Shown in pieces: positions 1-12,271 of a stretch of 64,000 nucleotides of DNA. Every line of letters starts with the position of its first letter. Within the stretch, counting starts at the first letter, position 1. The stretch spans positions 62,001-126,000 of the forward strand of contig JBPGPT010000032.1 in NCBI GenBank assembly GCA_051047955.1, in the 5' to 3' direction. The DNA is from Cystobasidiomycetes sp. EMM_F5. Its lineage: Eukaryota. Made by a program: the position numbers and the translations under genes. Under the pieces are notes generated by a model, which worked only from the letters and a program-made list of their open reading frames with translations, was not told where the DNA came from and searched no databases.

Positions 1-364
1 CTCAGGGTAATAATTGTGCAATTCTTCCGTGACAGTAGCTATGTCCTCTTCCTCATTCGACGGCATGTCCACATGTCCAATGTACTGTGATGGAGCTGCT
101 ACATCGGTTGGGATTCCCTCACGGCTTGCCCGCTCTGACATGAGTTCATATTTTGTCATACTTGATACAAGCTCGATGTCGTGTAGTTCATAACACAGCA
201 TCTGAAAATACAGAGTCCGTAAAGACCTGAACCGGTTACAATATTTGAAGTGTCGAGAGATCAGAGTCTCACACCTCGTTTCGGCGGCATGCGTAGCAGT
301 CTGACGATGCACGCGTGCGTGGCTCTTGAGGTAGTAATGATGCCATCGCGTGCCTGGCGTGCAT
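1..364 (-). CDS. 5' part of an unidentified spliced gene running off the left edge
   Basis: A stop-free minus-strand frame runs from ~225 to 1 (MLCYELHDIELVSSMTKYELMSERASREG...). GT donors lie at 272-274 and CAG acceptors at ~227/202. Candidate starts are ATG 290 (MPPKR) or 364. The exact model is unresolved. Confidence 0.35.
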
Positions 365-461
365 CTTTTTCGGCGTCTTCCGCTACTCTCTAGCTAACTA
401 GTATGCAGCGAAGATTTGAGGAGAAGTAGACGGCCACAACATTCATTGGAACATCCCTCTC

Positions 462-1984
462 TCATTGCAGATACTCTCGTAGTGCTTCTACACTTTTTCT
501 GGCGAAACCCCACGAAGATTGCCATCCGAAGCCAGCGTGCCCGTAGTTATGTAATACTATAGTACCAGCAACACCTTGATCGCAACAATCAGCTGCTGTG
601 ATATTATAGATACTTGTCTGCTCACAATGCTCATCTACCTCGAAGCGTATGCCAGATCGCCTACCCGGTCTGCGACCAACAGCTACCTCCACCAGATCAA
701 TATCTTTGTATGTGCCATGGCTTCGCTTCTCTGGAGGGAGTAGATCCCGGTCATAATATAGTGCACTTTTGAGAATGGTTTCCGTAATTTGTGGATCTGG
801 CGTTGTGTCCCTGTTATCGACCGTAAGCGACACTCCTCTGCAAGAAGGCAAGGATTGTACCAGTTGTTTATGGCCCTTGTTCCCCCGACGATGACAATAC
901 CAGAGGATCGGGGTATAGTGTATGAGGTTTTGCCTTTGCCAGATACACCACGTCCATGCTTGAGCCATGGAGCTCGAATGAGACACAGCTGGCCTCGCAC
1001 GGGATACATCTCCGTGTCAGCAACATCCGTGAAGAACAGATTACCAAGTCCAGAACAGTTGACAATGATGCTTGGCCGCGGCTTTAACAATTCTGGTAGG
1101 CTCAGAGCATCGCCCAGCGCTTTGAGCTTTGCGCGGATTACGCGTCCGCCTAAACGAGTAAATCGCCGAAGGAGGTAGACTAGGTACGGTTGAGTATCGA
1201 TACTGTCGACGATGAAAAGTTAGATTGTGTATCAAACATCTTGCGCATGAATCTGATGACTTGCGTCAAAGTCTTGAACGTGAATCCCTGCGCTGTTTCT
1301 GGGAGTAGTTCGTCTGAAGTAAGCCTTCGAAACTATCGGGTAGTACCGAGCAGTTCTCAGTCAAGACGCTGCTGATTCAGCTCTGCGTGCCTAACCCTAC
1401 CTCTGGCATTCCAATCTTGACCAGTGCTTCGGGGTCCGAGGCTGCATCTGCATCTTCCGTGTAGTACTAGCAATTCGAATCTCAGTATGCTGGATACGGA
1501 TAGGAGCGTTGGTCGGACGGACTTCATACTGATCTATCCACATCAGGGAGTCGGTCACCTTTTCCTTCTCCTCTTTTATCAGTACGTCAAGGGTGTACCG
1601 GTCGAGTGCTACAATTAATGGTTAGGATACTTATCACAGTAACCTTACGAAGGAAACTCGCCTATTTGCGCTTCGTCGTCTGCGCGAGCATGCGAGACAT
1701 GATGCGCACCCTGGCGGCAATGATTCCAGTTTATTCGTAGCCACCCTTGTTCAAAACAAAGACAGCTCACGGCATACGCAGAGGCATAGTCTACAATCTT
1801 GGCGTCTCCGGGAATCCAGTCGGCTACGACAGTGCACTGCAGGCCCGGAAAGCTCTCCAGCAGGTCGACGGCTGCCGTCAACCCGATAACACCTGCAAAC
1901 AGCCAGTCAACTATGGGATAGAAGCAGCGTGCATATTGCTGCCTGCATACCGGCTCCTGCTACGACAACATGTTTTCCGGCCAT
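462..1984 (-). CDS. DAO1: D-amino-acid oxidase (FAD-dependent, DAO family), multi-exon
   Basis: The spliced N-terminus MAGKHVVVAGAG|VIGLTAA is a GxGxxG Rossmann motif. Other family motifs: IVNCSGLG, YPVRGQ..RAPW, YTIPR..VIVGGT, GRRPGR and C-terminal HNYGHAGFGWQSSWG. Confidence 0.92.
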
Positions 1985-2493
1985 GCTGTACAGGAAAGTG
2001 AGATTGGACAAACGCAAGAGCTGAGCTGCTTGGACAACAAGCTGGCAGAATCTCTGAAGAGCCTCATGCAGTTGGATCATGAACATGGTAGGCGGCAGTC
2101 TATTGCACTACCCGCTTCTCTCTTTGCGAACGTAGGGTTTGGCATACTTCGGACAGAGCCAGCCGCACAGCCAGTCAGTCAGTCTCTGGAAGGTCGTTGA
2201 CTTGTTTGACCGTGTACATTGTCTGCAGCCGTCTGGTAGACAGTCCTATAAAATTCTGTCTAAGTTATGATGTTGGTATGCTTCTGAGCTTTTGCCCTGT
2301 TTACACATGGTCGCGTAAACTGGCTGGCACGGACCCTGGGGCGATCGGGCTTGAGAATTACAAGCGTTGCAAGAGCCGACCCAGTCTTACACAATCCCCG
2401 ACATACGATGCTGCTGCTGCTGGCCGCTACCTGCTGACACTGTGCTCAAGTTGGCTGGCTCCCTGTCCTCTTCGGCTCATCGAGAGCTACCCC

Positions 2494-5026
2494 ATGTCGC
2501 TGCTGCCTACGTCGCGCGCTGGGAGCGGTGCAAAGTACTCGAGCCTGCCTACAAACGGCGAGATTGGCAACGCGTCCTACGATTCTGATATCGCCAACGG
2601 CGAGAGTGTCGAAATGACCAGCAGCGGGAGCGCGGGTATCGGTCTCATCAACGGAGGTCAGCGAGGGGGAAAGCGGAGGAACGGCAGCAATCTACGCGCA
2701 ATGCTGTTGAGGCCACGCACATTTGTCGTGTGCATCGTCGGACTCGCAATCACCGTGCTCGTGGTGCACGACGACAGCCGAATTGCTGCACACTCTGCCC
2801 TGAAAAACGCTGGAGTACCACTGCCGGACAGCCTGGACGACGTACGTACCGGCCTGAACAAGTGGTACGAAGGCCATGGGACATCCACGTGGCTACCCTC
2901 GTCGTCTTCCGGAAGTGGGTCTGGCAGCAAAGAGACAGAACCCGACGACGGCATCGAGTGGGAGGATACAGCAGCTCCGCACAGCTCGACCTCGTGGAAC
3001 AGTCCAGACGAACCCCTCATAGACAAGATGACGTACCATCACTCGAACGGCTACCTCATCCTACCCGACCCTTCCAAGGACAAAGCCATCAAACCGTCTG
3101 AAGAGGAACGCCACCCAATCCTCGAACTCATAGAGAATGCAGAACGAAAGTGGGACGCGCTCGTCAAGAAGCAGAGCAAGACACTAAAAGAAGCAGTTGC
3201 CGAGTACAAGAGGAGATATAAGCGGAACCCGCCTAGAGGTTTCGACAAGTGGTAAGCTGAGCAGCTCGCGCATGCCAAACACACTGACGCCTGCCTCTCG
3301 CATCTAGGTGGGATTACGCTGTAGCGAATAATATTGTATTGAAGGACGAGTACAACCAGATTTGGAGAGATACCGAAGTATTCTGGGCTCTGTAAGTTAT
3401 CGGTATTATATACGACAATACGCTTGAAGTCGCTTATATATACGTAACGCGCAGGGAGCCCCTAGATTTCTTCCATCGTTCCAAGGTCATGGCGACAGAG
3501 CGTGAGGAAACGTTTACTCTGCACGTCGACCCGAGCATACCGGGGCCCGATAAGATCGTAATTACCGGAGAAGAATACAAACTGAAGAGAGCGACCGATC
3601 TGGCTGCTCTAATCAATCGTTTCTCGGCGGATCTTCCAGGTTGGGTCAATTTGACGTTCACCAAGCACGATCAGCCTGCATGCGCGTTGGGGCATCAACA
3701 CAAGGAGCGTCTTTTCGAGCTAGCTGCAGCTGGCGAATGTGCGTATTGAGGACTTTTTCAATTCTCGCTACATCCGCAGACTAATTCTACTCCCACAGAC
3801 TTCACGTCGAGCGACTTCATTCGTCCTGAGAATCCATCCTTGAGCAATTGGGCCAACGGATGCTCTCCCAGCTCCCCTCTGTATCAAGCTGAGCTGGGCG
3901 AACTCAACGAAGCACATCCTTCACATCCCGACAACCTCGACATCCAGCGCTCCTTCATATACGATCACAGCCGGGCGATGGACATCTGCCAGCACCCTGA
4001 AGCTATGCATCTGCATGGATTCACGACAGCAATTGGCACCAACCTTGCGAATCTCGTCCCACTCTTTACGTTTGCAAAGACGAACGTCCATTCCGATGTT
4101 TTAGCCACCCCACTGGAGCAGTACTCCGACACTTACATTGGCTACGATCCAGAATGGGAGGACAAGACTATCAACAAGCTCTTATGGAGAGGATCGACCA
4201 CTGGTGCCGAATTTCGCAAAGATGTAGAGTGGAAACTCTCACAGCGCGCTCGACTGCACTTTTTGGGACACGAAACGCAAGGCAAAAAGCACGTCCTATG
4301 GGCAGATAAGCGCGAATCTCGCATGCGTGTATCTGACTTTGAAATCGCGGATCTCAATCGCGAATACATGGATGTCTCGTTCTCTGGTCATCCTGTGCAG
4401 TGTGATGACGAAACCTGCGCGCTCATGGACCGCATCATTGAGTTTGCACCCACCATGGGCCTCGATGACTCTTATCAATACAAATTCCTCATGGATGTCG
4501 ATGGAAATGGCTGGTCAGGTCGTTTCCACCGGCTCATGTCGACCAAGTCTATTGTGCTAAAATCAACAGTACGTTCAATTCTACCGCTTAACTACGACAT
4601 GGCTGAAGGTATCCATCTTCAGATTTTCCCCGAGTGGTATTCTGAGAGGATAATGCCTTGGGTACAGTGCGTGCTACGTGAAAGTCGAAGTAGCACCTTT
4701 TTCACTGACTTCCTCTTTCTCAGCTACGTTCCGATAAAGGTCGACTATAGCGATCTGTACGATGTAATGACCTTCTTCATAGGCACACCAGATGGCCGCG
4801 GGTCACACGACGACCTTGCTGCTAAGCTGGCAGCACAGGGCAAGGAGTACGCGAGGACGATGTGGCGGAAGGAAGATATGGCATCGTATATGTTTAGATT
4901 GATTCTGGGTATGTTCAGTAGCCTTCATGGTGTTAGACGAAGAGCTGACTATTCAACGTGCACTCAGAATGGGCTCGCATTACGCACCGTGGTGGTGAGG
5001 AAGACCTAGATTTCAACCTGGAGTAG
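2494..5026 (+). CDS. CAP10/CXT1-like glycosyltransferase family 90 (putative beta-1,2-xylosyltransferase), type II membrane protein
   Basis: N-terminal TM (FVVCIVGLAITVLVV), HPILELI..AE.KW, Y.RRY.RNPPRGFDKW, KLLWRGSTTG, YKFLMDVDGNGWSGRF, IFPEWY..RIMPW.HYVP, WRKEDM..YMFRL. Six GT-AG introns restore the frame. Confidence 0.9.
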
Positions 5027-5202
5027 ACGGAATTCAAGGCATCCAAGTCAAACTCTACCACGGAGTGCTGTATGCAACATCAGTGAAGTTCCAGTCAGTG
5101 GCCTGTTGTAGCAGTATGCCGTCGTTATAAATTGCATATCGTCATGGCTTGTCCTTGTTATGACTCTGAACTTAGCCGTCTGATCCTGCAACCCGTGCGA
5201 AG

Positions 5203-6872
5203 ATGTGGGCGGCGAAAGAGTGGTGGAACCGTCGCGCCGAAGCATCGCAAACAGCATCGAAAACACCGTCACCTTGCGATGGTTCTGATACTGAGCTGGA
5301 CGAAGCTGAAACAGTCTCCGTCGAGAAGAAGAACAACGACGCCGACGATAAGCCTGCGCATCACCGCGGCCGGTATTTTGTCAATCCGTGGCCGTCTGCA
5401 GTCGTCAAGAATACATCCTGGATGCCATCGTTTCAAGTCCCGTTCACCTGGGCGCAATCGCTTCATCCAGCGGTTAAGCGTAGGCCAGGCATTATATGCT
5501 GGAGATATTGCAAAGACTCAGATACAATACTACTGCAGGTGTTCAGGTCGTGCCGCCAGAGTTCAACAAACCAGCTTCTTCCCACGATATCAAGGTGACA
5601 TGGCTTGGTCACGCAGTGAGGTGGCAACGCGTAAACACACACTAACCCTTATCTGACTGACAAGTCCGGCTGTCAAGGGCGTGCTGGTTCAAATGCCGCC
5701 ATTGCAAAGAGAAGGGCAGCCAATAACGCTTCTCATAGATCCCATCTTCAGCATAAGATCCTCCCCGTCTCAATACGCCGGCCCGGCTCGTAGGCTCCCT
5801 CCACCCTGCTCTATTGAGGATCTGCCTCATGTGGATTTCCTGTTCATCAGTCACAATCAGTAGGTCGGGTTTGTGACAGGAACCGCACAATGTTCCAATC
5901 CAAAGTCCGTTTACAGTTATGATCATCTGGACTATTCTACAGTCGAAGCATTGATTCAGCGAGGGTTCCAGTTCACGAGATATGTAGTTCCTTTAGGTAT
6001 TCATCTGCAGCACCCCCGGAACGGCCATGTTTACTGATGCACGACACCAGGTCTGAAGGCATGGTTCCTCGCATGCAAAGTACCAGAGGAGCAGATTATC
6101 GAAATGGATTGGTGGGATGATGCTACATTCCAGCCTAGTCAGATAGGCGACCGTCCTCTCAAAATGGACGAGCTTGGCAGTATTCGGGTACACTGCGTCC
6201 CTGCACAACACAATTCCGCCCGTACTGGAGTCGACAAATGCTCGTCGCTATGGGCAGGCTTCGTGATTGAACAATTTGCACATGATCCATCTCCAGCACC
6301 GAAACGTGCTGCAGTGTACTTTGCTGGTGATACTGGCTATCGAGCAGACAACAGCGGGCCAGTCTGCCCAGCCTTCGCTGAGATTGGCTCAAAATACGGT
6401 CCTGTAGACTTTGCAGCAATCCCAATCTGGAGAGGTGGAACGTTGTCATTCATATCGTCATGGGGCTTGCGGGTATGTCTCCACATCGTCTCCCACTTTA
6501 AGTTGTCGAGGCTGACGGTCAGATACCGCGACCATCGACCGCAACAATAGCTTCACCCCGAGGCTTTGACCAGAGCTACGCATGCGACCCCGCAAGATGC
6601 ACTGGCGATTCATTCGGATGTCCGATCCCGTGCTAGTATGGCCATTCACTTCGCGACTTTCAGTGGTTCGGAGGACGAAGTACGTCGACTGCGACATGAC
6701 TCGCTGCACATATTCTCTGAGCTTAGCCTGACTTCACGTACAGGCAACGTATCCCGTAGCGCTCCTGGAAGATGAATGTGCAGACGCCGCGGTTCCCATG
6801 GATTTGCAAGAAGATGCTGGCTTTGCGGTCGTGAATATCGGTCAGACCAGCCTTGTGCCCGTACGAAGGTGA
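5203..6872 (+). CDS. NAPE-PLD/FMP30-like metallo-beta-lactamase-fold phosphodiesterase, copy 1
   Basis: FVNPWPS, VTWLGHA, IDPIFS.R.SP...GP.R, spliced ISHNH|YDHLD (HxHxDH), PAQHNSAR, YFAGDTGY, HATP.DA, IHFATF. Confidence 0.9.
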
Positions 6873-7113
6873 TTGGCAGGCACGCAACGAGGCTCAAGGT
6901 GATGTTTCGACTGAAGTGTTCTCAATTTCGGTGAATTACGATTTCTGCATACCGATTTCAGCGTCACGTGATCTCAACGGCCGTGCCAAGCCAGCCAAAT
7001 TACGTCGCAAAGACACGATCGCTTACCTCGTCCGTCATGGAAGTAGCGCACGATGGCAGCTCGTGTCAACAGATCATTGCATTGCTGCACACTGCCAGAC
7101 ATGTAAAGTCAGT

Positions 7114-8612
7114 ATGCATCTGTTTGACGTCGCCAAAACCAAGGTCCATTCGGTTTTCGACAAGGTTCCCAATAGTCTCGATGGTGGGCCCGAGCACCAT
7201 GGACCAGTACCTGGTCGTTTCAAGAATCCGTGGAAGTCAGCAGACGATAGCAGTATACCGGAGGAATGGCCATTTCTGCAGAAAGACGAATTCACGAAGC
7301 CGATCAAACGTGCGTTGCTGCCTCAAGTGCTACGTATAGCAAGCTCATTTCGCTAGCCATACAGCTATCGACGTAGTGGCTCCGCAATTCGATAAACAGT
7401 GTCAAAGCAATGAAATCAAGGTCACAAATCTGGGTCATGCTGTGTGTTCTTGACGAGTGTAACAGCGAAGCGTTGGTGCCTGACAGTCTGATGCATCGAT
7501 AGGGCGTTATCGTGCAGCTACCGCCGCTGGAGGGCGCAGCACGAGGTATAAGCCTCATATGCGACCCTATATGGAGTGATAGAGCTTCTCCTACGGAGAA
7601 AGCTGGTCCATCTCGCCGCATACCGCCGCCCTGCAAACTTGAAGACTTGCCCGTTATCGACATCGTCTTCATTAGCCATAATCAGTACGTCAATCTGTCA
7701 ACTGTACTCACACTGAGCGAGAATCTAATGATGTCTGCTGCAGCTACGATCATCTGGACGATACCGCAATGGATGCTATCATTGGACGGCAACGAAAGGA
7801 AACGCGATACTGCGTTCCCCTTGGAGTCAAGGAGTGGTTCGTTGAGCGGGGCGTTGATTCTGCTGCTATCGTCGAACTAGACTGGTGGGAGACATTCGAG
7901 TTTCAAGCTTCGTCTTTCGATGCTTCGATATCAGGCAGCGAAAATGCAAGAATCGTTGTTACCTGCGTGCCTGCGCAGCACAACTCTGCTAGAAATGGCG
8001 TCGATACGAGCGCGACTTTATGGGCAGGATTTGTTGTCGAGCAATTCTCTGAGGCACAGTCGAGATGTCCGAAGCGAACTTGTGTATACTTTGCAGGGTA
8101 CGAATATGCCATTATGTAGTCTCGCGGGATTTGACTGACAAAGTTTGCGCTTGCAGCGATACCGGTTATCGAGGCCGGCTTGAAGGCCCAGTGTGTCCGG
8201 TATTCAACGAAATTGGAGAACGCTTCAGACAGATTGATTTCGCCGCCATTCCGATATGGCGCGGCGGAACGCTGTCCTTCATCGCGAAGATTGGTCTAAG
8301 GGTGGGTTGAGGTGGATTATGTTGCACTGTCAGCCAGTCTGACATAGTACATAGCTCAATCCCCGTGCTCTGACGCTCTCTACGCACGCGACTCCGGAAG
8401 ATGCTGTATGCATACATCAGGAGGTCCGTTCACGGTCAAGTCTTGCCATTCATTTCGGTACCTTCGCTGGTTCGGTCGATGCCGCAACACTACCTGTATT
8501 GATGCTGGAAGAGGCGTGTCGCAACAAAGGCTTACCCAATAAGTTGTTGGAAGACGGCGGTTTCGGCGTCACCGACGTGGGCGAGACAAACTGTGTGCCA
8601 GTGCGAGATTGA
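7114..8612 (+). CDS. NAPE-PLD/FMP30-like metallo-beta-lactamase-fold phosphodiesterase, copy 2 (tandem paralog)
   Basis: FKNPW, VTNLGHA, CDPIWSDRASP, ISHNH|YDHLD, PAQHNSAR, YFAG|DTGY, AAIPIWRGGTLSFI, HATPEDA, IHFGTF. The reading frame is intact after splicing. Confidence 0.88.
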
Positions 8613-8805
8613 GTGGGCTAGGTATTCACTTACTTCACCGAGGAGGAGCGCCAATATGAAACCGTCAGTCCGGTACCCAGTACATCAAGACTTCAAGTTG
8701 ACTGCTGCATTCATTCGTATGTTACTGTAGCACAATATAGCTTGCATACACGCGAAGCGGTACAGACGACAAGTATACAAGAGTGGACTAATGTGCTCAA
8801 AGCTT

Positions 8806-10362
8806 TTACTCGGCTGGTGCAAATGCGGATTTTTTGCTCTGAAGCTCGGCCTTGCTTTTTTCCGTAAGGAACCGGGGTGTACAAGAATACCTGCGGAATC
8901 ATAGGAATACATCTCGTCAATGCAAGCACTTCCTCCGTAAGGACCATTCACGAAGTGTCTCACCAATGATCGTTGAAAGTCTCAGCATCGTTACAGTAAC
9001 ATCTGTTTGCGTGCACTTCGCCGTTCGGACAGTGTTGGAAGGGCTCGTGCCGATACGCAATATCGTAAAAGTAATGTATTTGATCGAAGTCGAGGAAGAG
9101 CGCCGCAGCAATCGAGTGTACGGGAGCATCGCCCCATCTTTCGTAAAAGAAACCGCCGGCCCTGTCGAGGTAGCTGAAGAAGTCTAGGTAGGCTTGACTT
9201 CGCCATAGACTCAGCGAACCAATTTCGAAGTTTGACCAGAAGTGACACCGATTATATGATTCGCCGCCATCTTCTGACAAAAATGCCATCGCATTCTTCG
9301 CTGGTACGTGATGCGGGTACTCCTTAATGAAGCCTGTGACAGCGATCAGTTCACACAGCACGAGAACCGTGCCGTTTCAAACCGACCTTTGACCGCGTCC
9401 CATAATGTCGGGATCGTTTCAATATACTCGTATATAGATATTCTGCGTAGTGTTCAGGATCAGATCAATGCTCCCTTCGCCCTCAATGCTACATACGTGA
9501 AGCCGTATTTCATATTCCTGTCTTGCATGTATAAGAATGGATCGTAGTCCAGATCGCAGAAGTCTACTGGAACTGTCAGCTTAGGTCACAACCAACGAGG
9601 TTGTGGGACTTACATTTAACGTTCGGCTCGATTCGCCAATACCATTCACTGAGGGCATTCACATCAGTTTGCTTGCTGCCCATCCTGAAGTCGACGGAAC
9701 CCACTATTCGTCCAACAGGGGATGGCGGAAGAAGAACCCAGACTGATACCTGCACATTTCGCGGTATGGTATGCTATCGCCGTATATCACGTTGTTCTTG
9801 GCCATGTCCTCTCTCGCCTTTGTTGCCTTGACCTCGTCAATCCACGACGGGTGCTCGTGCCATTGATTGGCGGGTATGAGGCCATACGATGTTTTGCCTG
9901 ACGCAATGCCGGTCGTCATTTTCTTGAAGGTATCGTCAAAAGGATTGTCGTTCAGGAACACGTAGGGATAGCTGCAGAAAGGCAGTCAACTCGCACTGCT
10001 CACTTCTGCGCAGGCAAACGAGATTGCGCGTACTTGTACTTTCTGTTGAAGCGGTCTTCCATGAATCTTATACTCTCCATGATGGACCAGAGATCCGAAT
10101 TGCGAGCGAGAATAACAAAGGCGGCGTTCGCTCTAGTCGTGTTTCTGCCAGCTTGAGCCGCGAAATCATTGACTGCAGTCTTTTCGTACATATCCTCTAC
10201 GCGATGGCGGTCCGTCGGCAGGTTTGGACCGCCCCACAAGCTGTAATGCGTCTTCTGCGCGTAGCCAGACGCCGGAGCTACTTTGACCAGCGACATGTGA
10301 AGCACGAGGATAACGACCACTACAGCGCCCGCTATGCGAGCCCTCAGCGGTACATTGATCAT
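8806..10362 (-). CDS. KRE2/MNT1/KTR-family alpha-1,2-mannosyltransferase (GT15)
   Basis: N-terminal [78 protein letters not shown]. Confidence 0.93.
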
Positions 10363-10766
10363 GTTGGGCTAGCTGGACGCTGCCGGGTTTCAGTGTGTTG
10401 AGGGTACGCCAGTTTGCTTCGTCGCGGTGGCCGATAGCTGTCCAGCAGACTGGCTCGATATTTGCAGGATGCTGTATACGAACCTGTCTAGCAGTCGTCA
10501 ACAAGACAGCAGCAGCAACTCAGTCGTGTGCCTTCCGTGGACAGCGAAGTGTTATGCGAAACAAAGCTCAATGGCCAAAGATGGGCGGACTGCGGCTGTG
10601 CGCCGCGCGACCAAATCCTGCATGAAGTAACGATGCTTTCGCATTTCATGAAAAGACAACACGAGTTGAAGGCCTACAATTCTGATAGAAGCGCGAAAGA
10701 CGAGTGTCCTTGTATGAAAATTACAAATTGTGAGTATCATTATTCAGGCATATGATGCGGAGACCA

Positions 10767-12271
10767 TCAAATTCGATGTGAGCCATTGCTGCCAGTCATC
10801 CAGTCCTCGTGGTTGTCGACGAGGTGGTGCATTCGTGGAGGCGAGACCTTGAAGCTTGGGAGGCGGGGCGGCATCGTCGGCCGCGACATGTTTGCGTCTT
10901 GGTATGCGTTCTTCTCGCGGTGATACGCAGGTCTCGGAAGAGGGAGGCCAGACGTGTTGACAATGGAAAGAGGAGAATAAGCTGATCCAGGGGTTGCTGC
11001 ATCTGTAAACGCGCCCGTCTGCATGGCCGGCGTAGTGTTACCCACACTGGTGGCCGTCAATCAGTATAACCAGTGTATTGTATGCTATTGCAGCAGTACT
11101 CTACTCACACCTTATGCTCCTCACGACCAGGAGAGCCAAGCGCTTTCAACTCGTCGAGCGAATCGGTAGTCCAGCCAATCGTGTACGGAAGGACGGTGGC
11201 GCGAGCTTCATTACCCATAGGAGGAGATTTGAAAGGATCTTGAGTAGTGATGGATCTAGTGACAGGAGTGGTGGACTGGTCATGCATAGTGTCATTGCAT
11301 CTACCTAGGTTGACGGCACGAGGTTTCGTTGGGGTGATGTACCCATATCCTGATTGAGGCTGCAAATAGTCATAGCCGAGCGACTTCTCGAGCTCATCAA
11401 TATCCTTGTCGTGTTGAGGATGCCTGGCGGGAAGACATCTACCCTTTTCGGCGCCTGCTGCTGCTGTGTCCTTTGTCTGGTGGGCAACATTGCTTTCAAA
11501 TGCGCTCACATTGGTATTTCCAAAATCGGGCGACTCAGAAATGTTATCATCCTCGATGCGCTGCTGGCCATCGCGGTCGCGTTCGCCAAAGGCATTGGTA
11601 ATACGACGATGGATGCGTGGAAGGATGAGTAGGGCGCCGAGCGTCAGAAATAGGATAACGAAAACGATCGCTGATATAGCAGCTGTAGACAGTACTGTCG
11701 ACCCAGAGCTGTTGCCGGGAGATCCATCCCCATTCACGTTGTTGAGAGCGGCCTGATCGGGTGGTAGAGTGCACAAGGCATCGGTGCAAGCGGTTGCCGA
11801 GACTTGCGGGTGGGCACGAGTATTGCGGGAACTTACGAGACTCGAGGAAGTGGTGACGGATGTCACAGTCGTCGGCAGTGGAAGCGAGGTGCTCGACGAA
11901 ATTACGAGGGCAGTTGCAATCGTCGAGGAAACGGCGACCGATGAGGAAGCAGATGCTGAGGACGTGGAGGTTGTGTACGCGACAGTCGAGGATGTTGAAG
12001 TCTTCTGAACAGTTGGCGTCGTCTTGTCTGGTGTGGAAGTCAAGGTAGTCTTGGGTGCTGTTGATGTGGAATCGGAGTTCGATGTGGCAGGGGCCAAAGA
12101 GGGGTCCGCCGTATCCCTGGACGCAGATGAGGCCTGAGAGCGCGATAGAGTGGTAGAGGCAGTTGAGGAGCTGGAGGTGACCGAATCCGCGCTAGACATG
12201 ACATCCATTGTGATCTGAGTCCCAGTGGCCTTGTCAGGCGAGACGCCGCGGGCTATCACGGTAAAGACCAT
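10767..12271 (-). CDS. Ser/Thr-rich single-pass membrane protein (Mid2/mucin-like architecture), function unknown
   Basis: Long S/T-rich N-terminal region, one hydrophobic helix (AISAIVFVILFLTLGALLIL) followed by RIHRR, and a Pro-rich cytoplasmic tail. One intron (~11047-11108) joins the two ORFs. The start could be ATG 12271 or 12208. Confidence 0.7.

Noticed and set aside
1391..1400. Telomere-like CTAACCCTA (also GGGTTAGGG at ~42768)
   Set aside because: These are single short matches, inside a DAO intron donor and an ARM exon. There is no array or telomerase-RNA context.
9567..9575. CAGTAG tandem (NAGNAG) acceptor in the GT15 gene
   Set aside because: This is a common pattern, and either choice keeps the frame.
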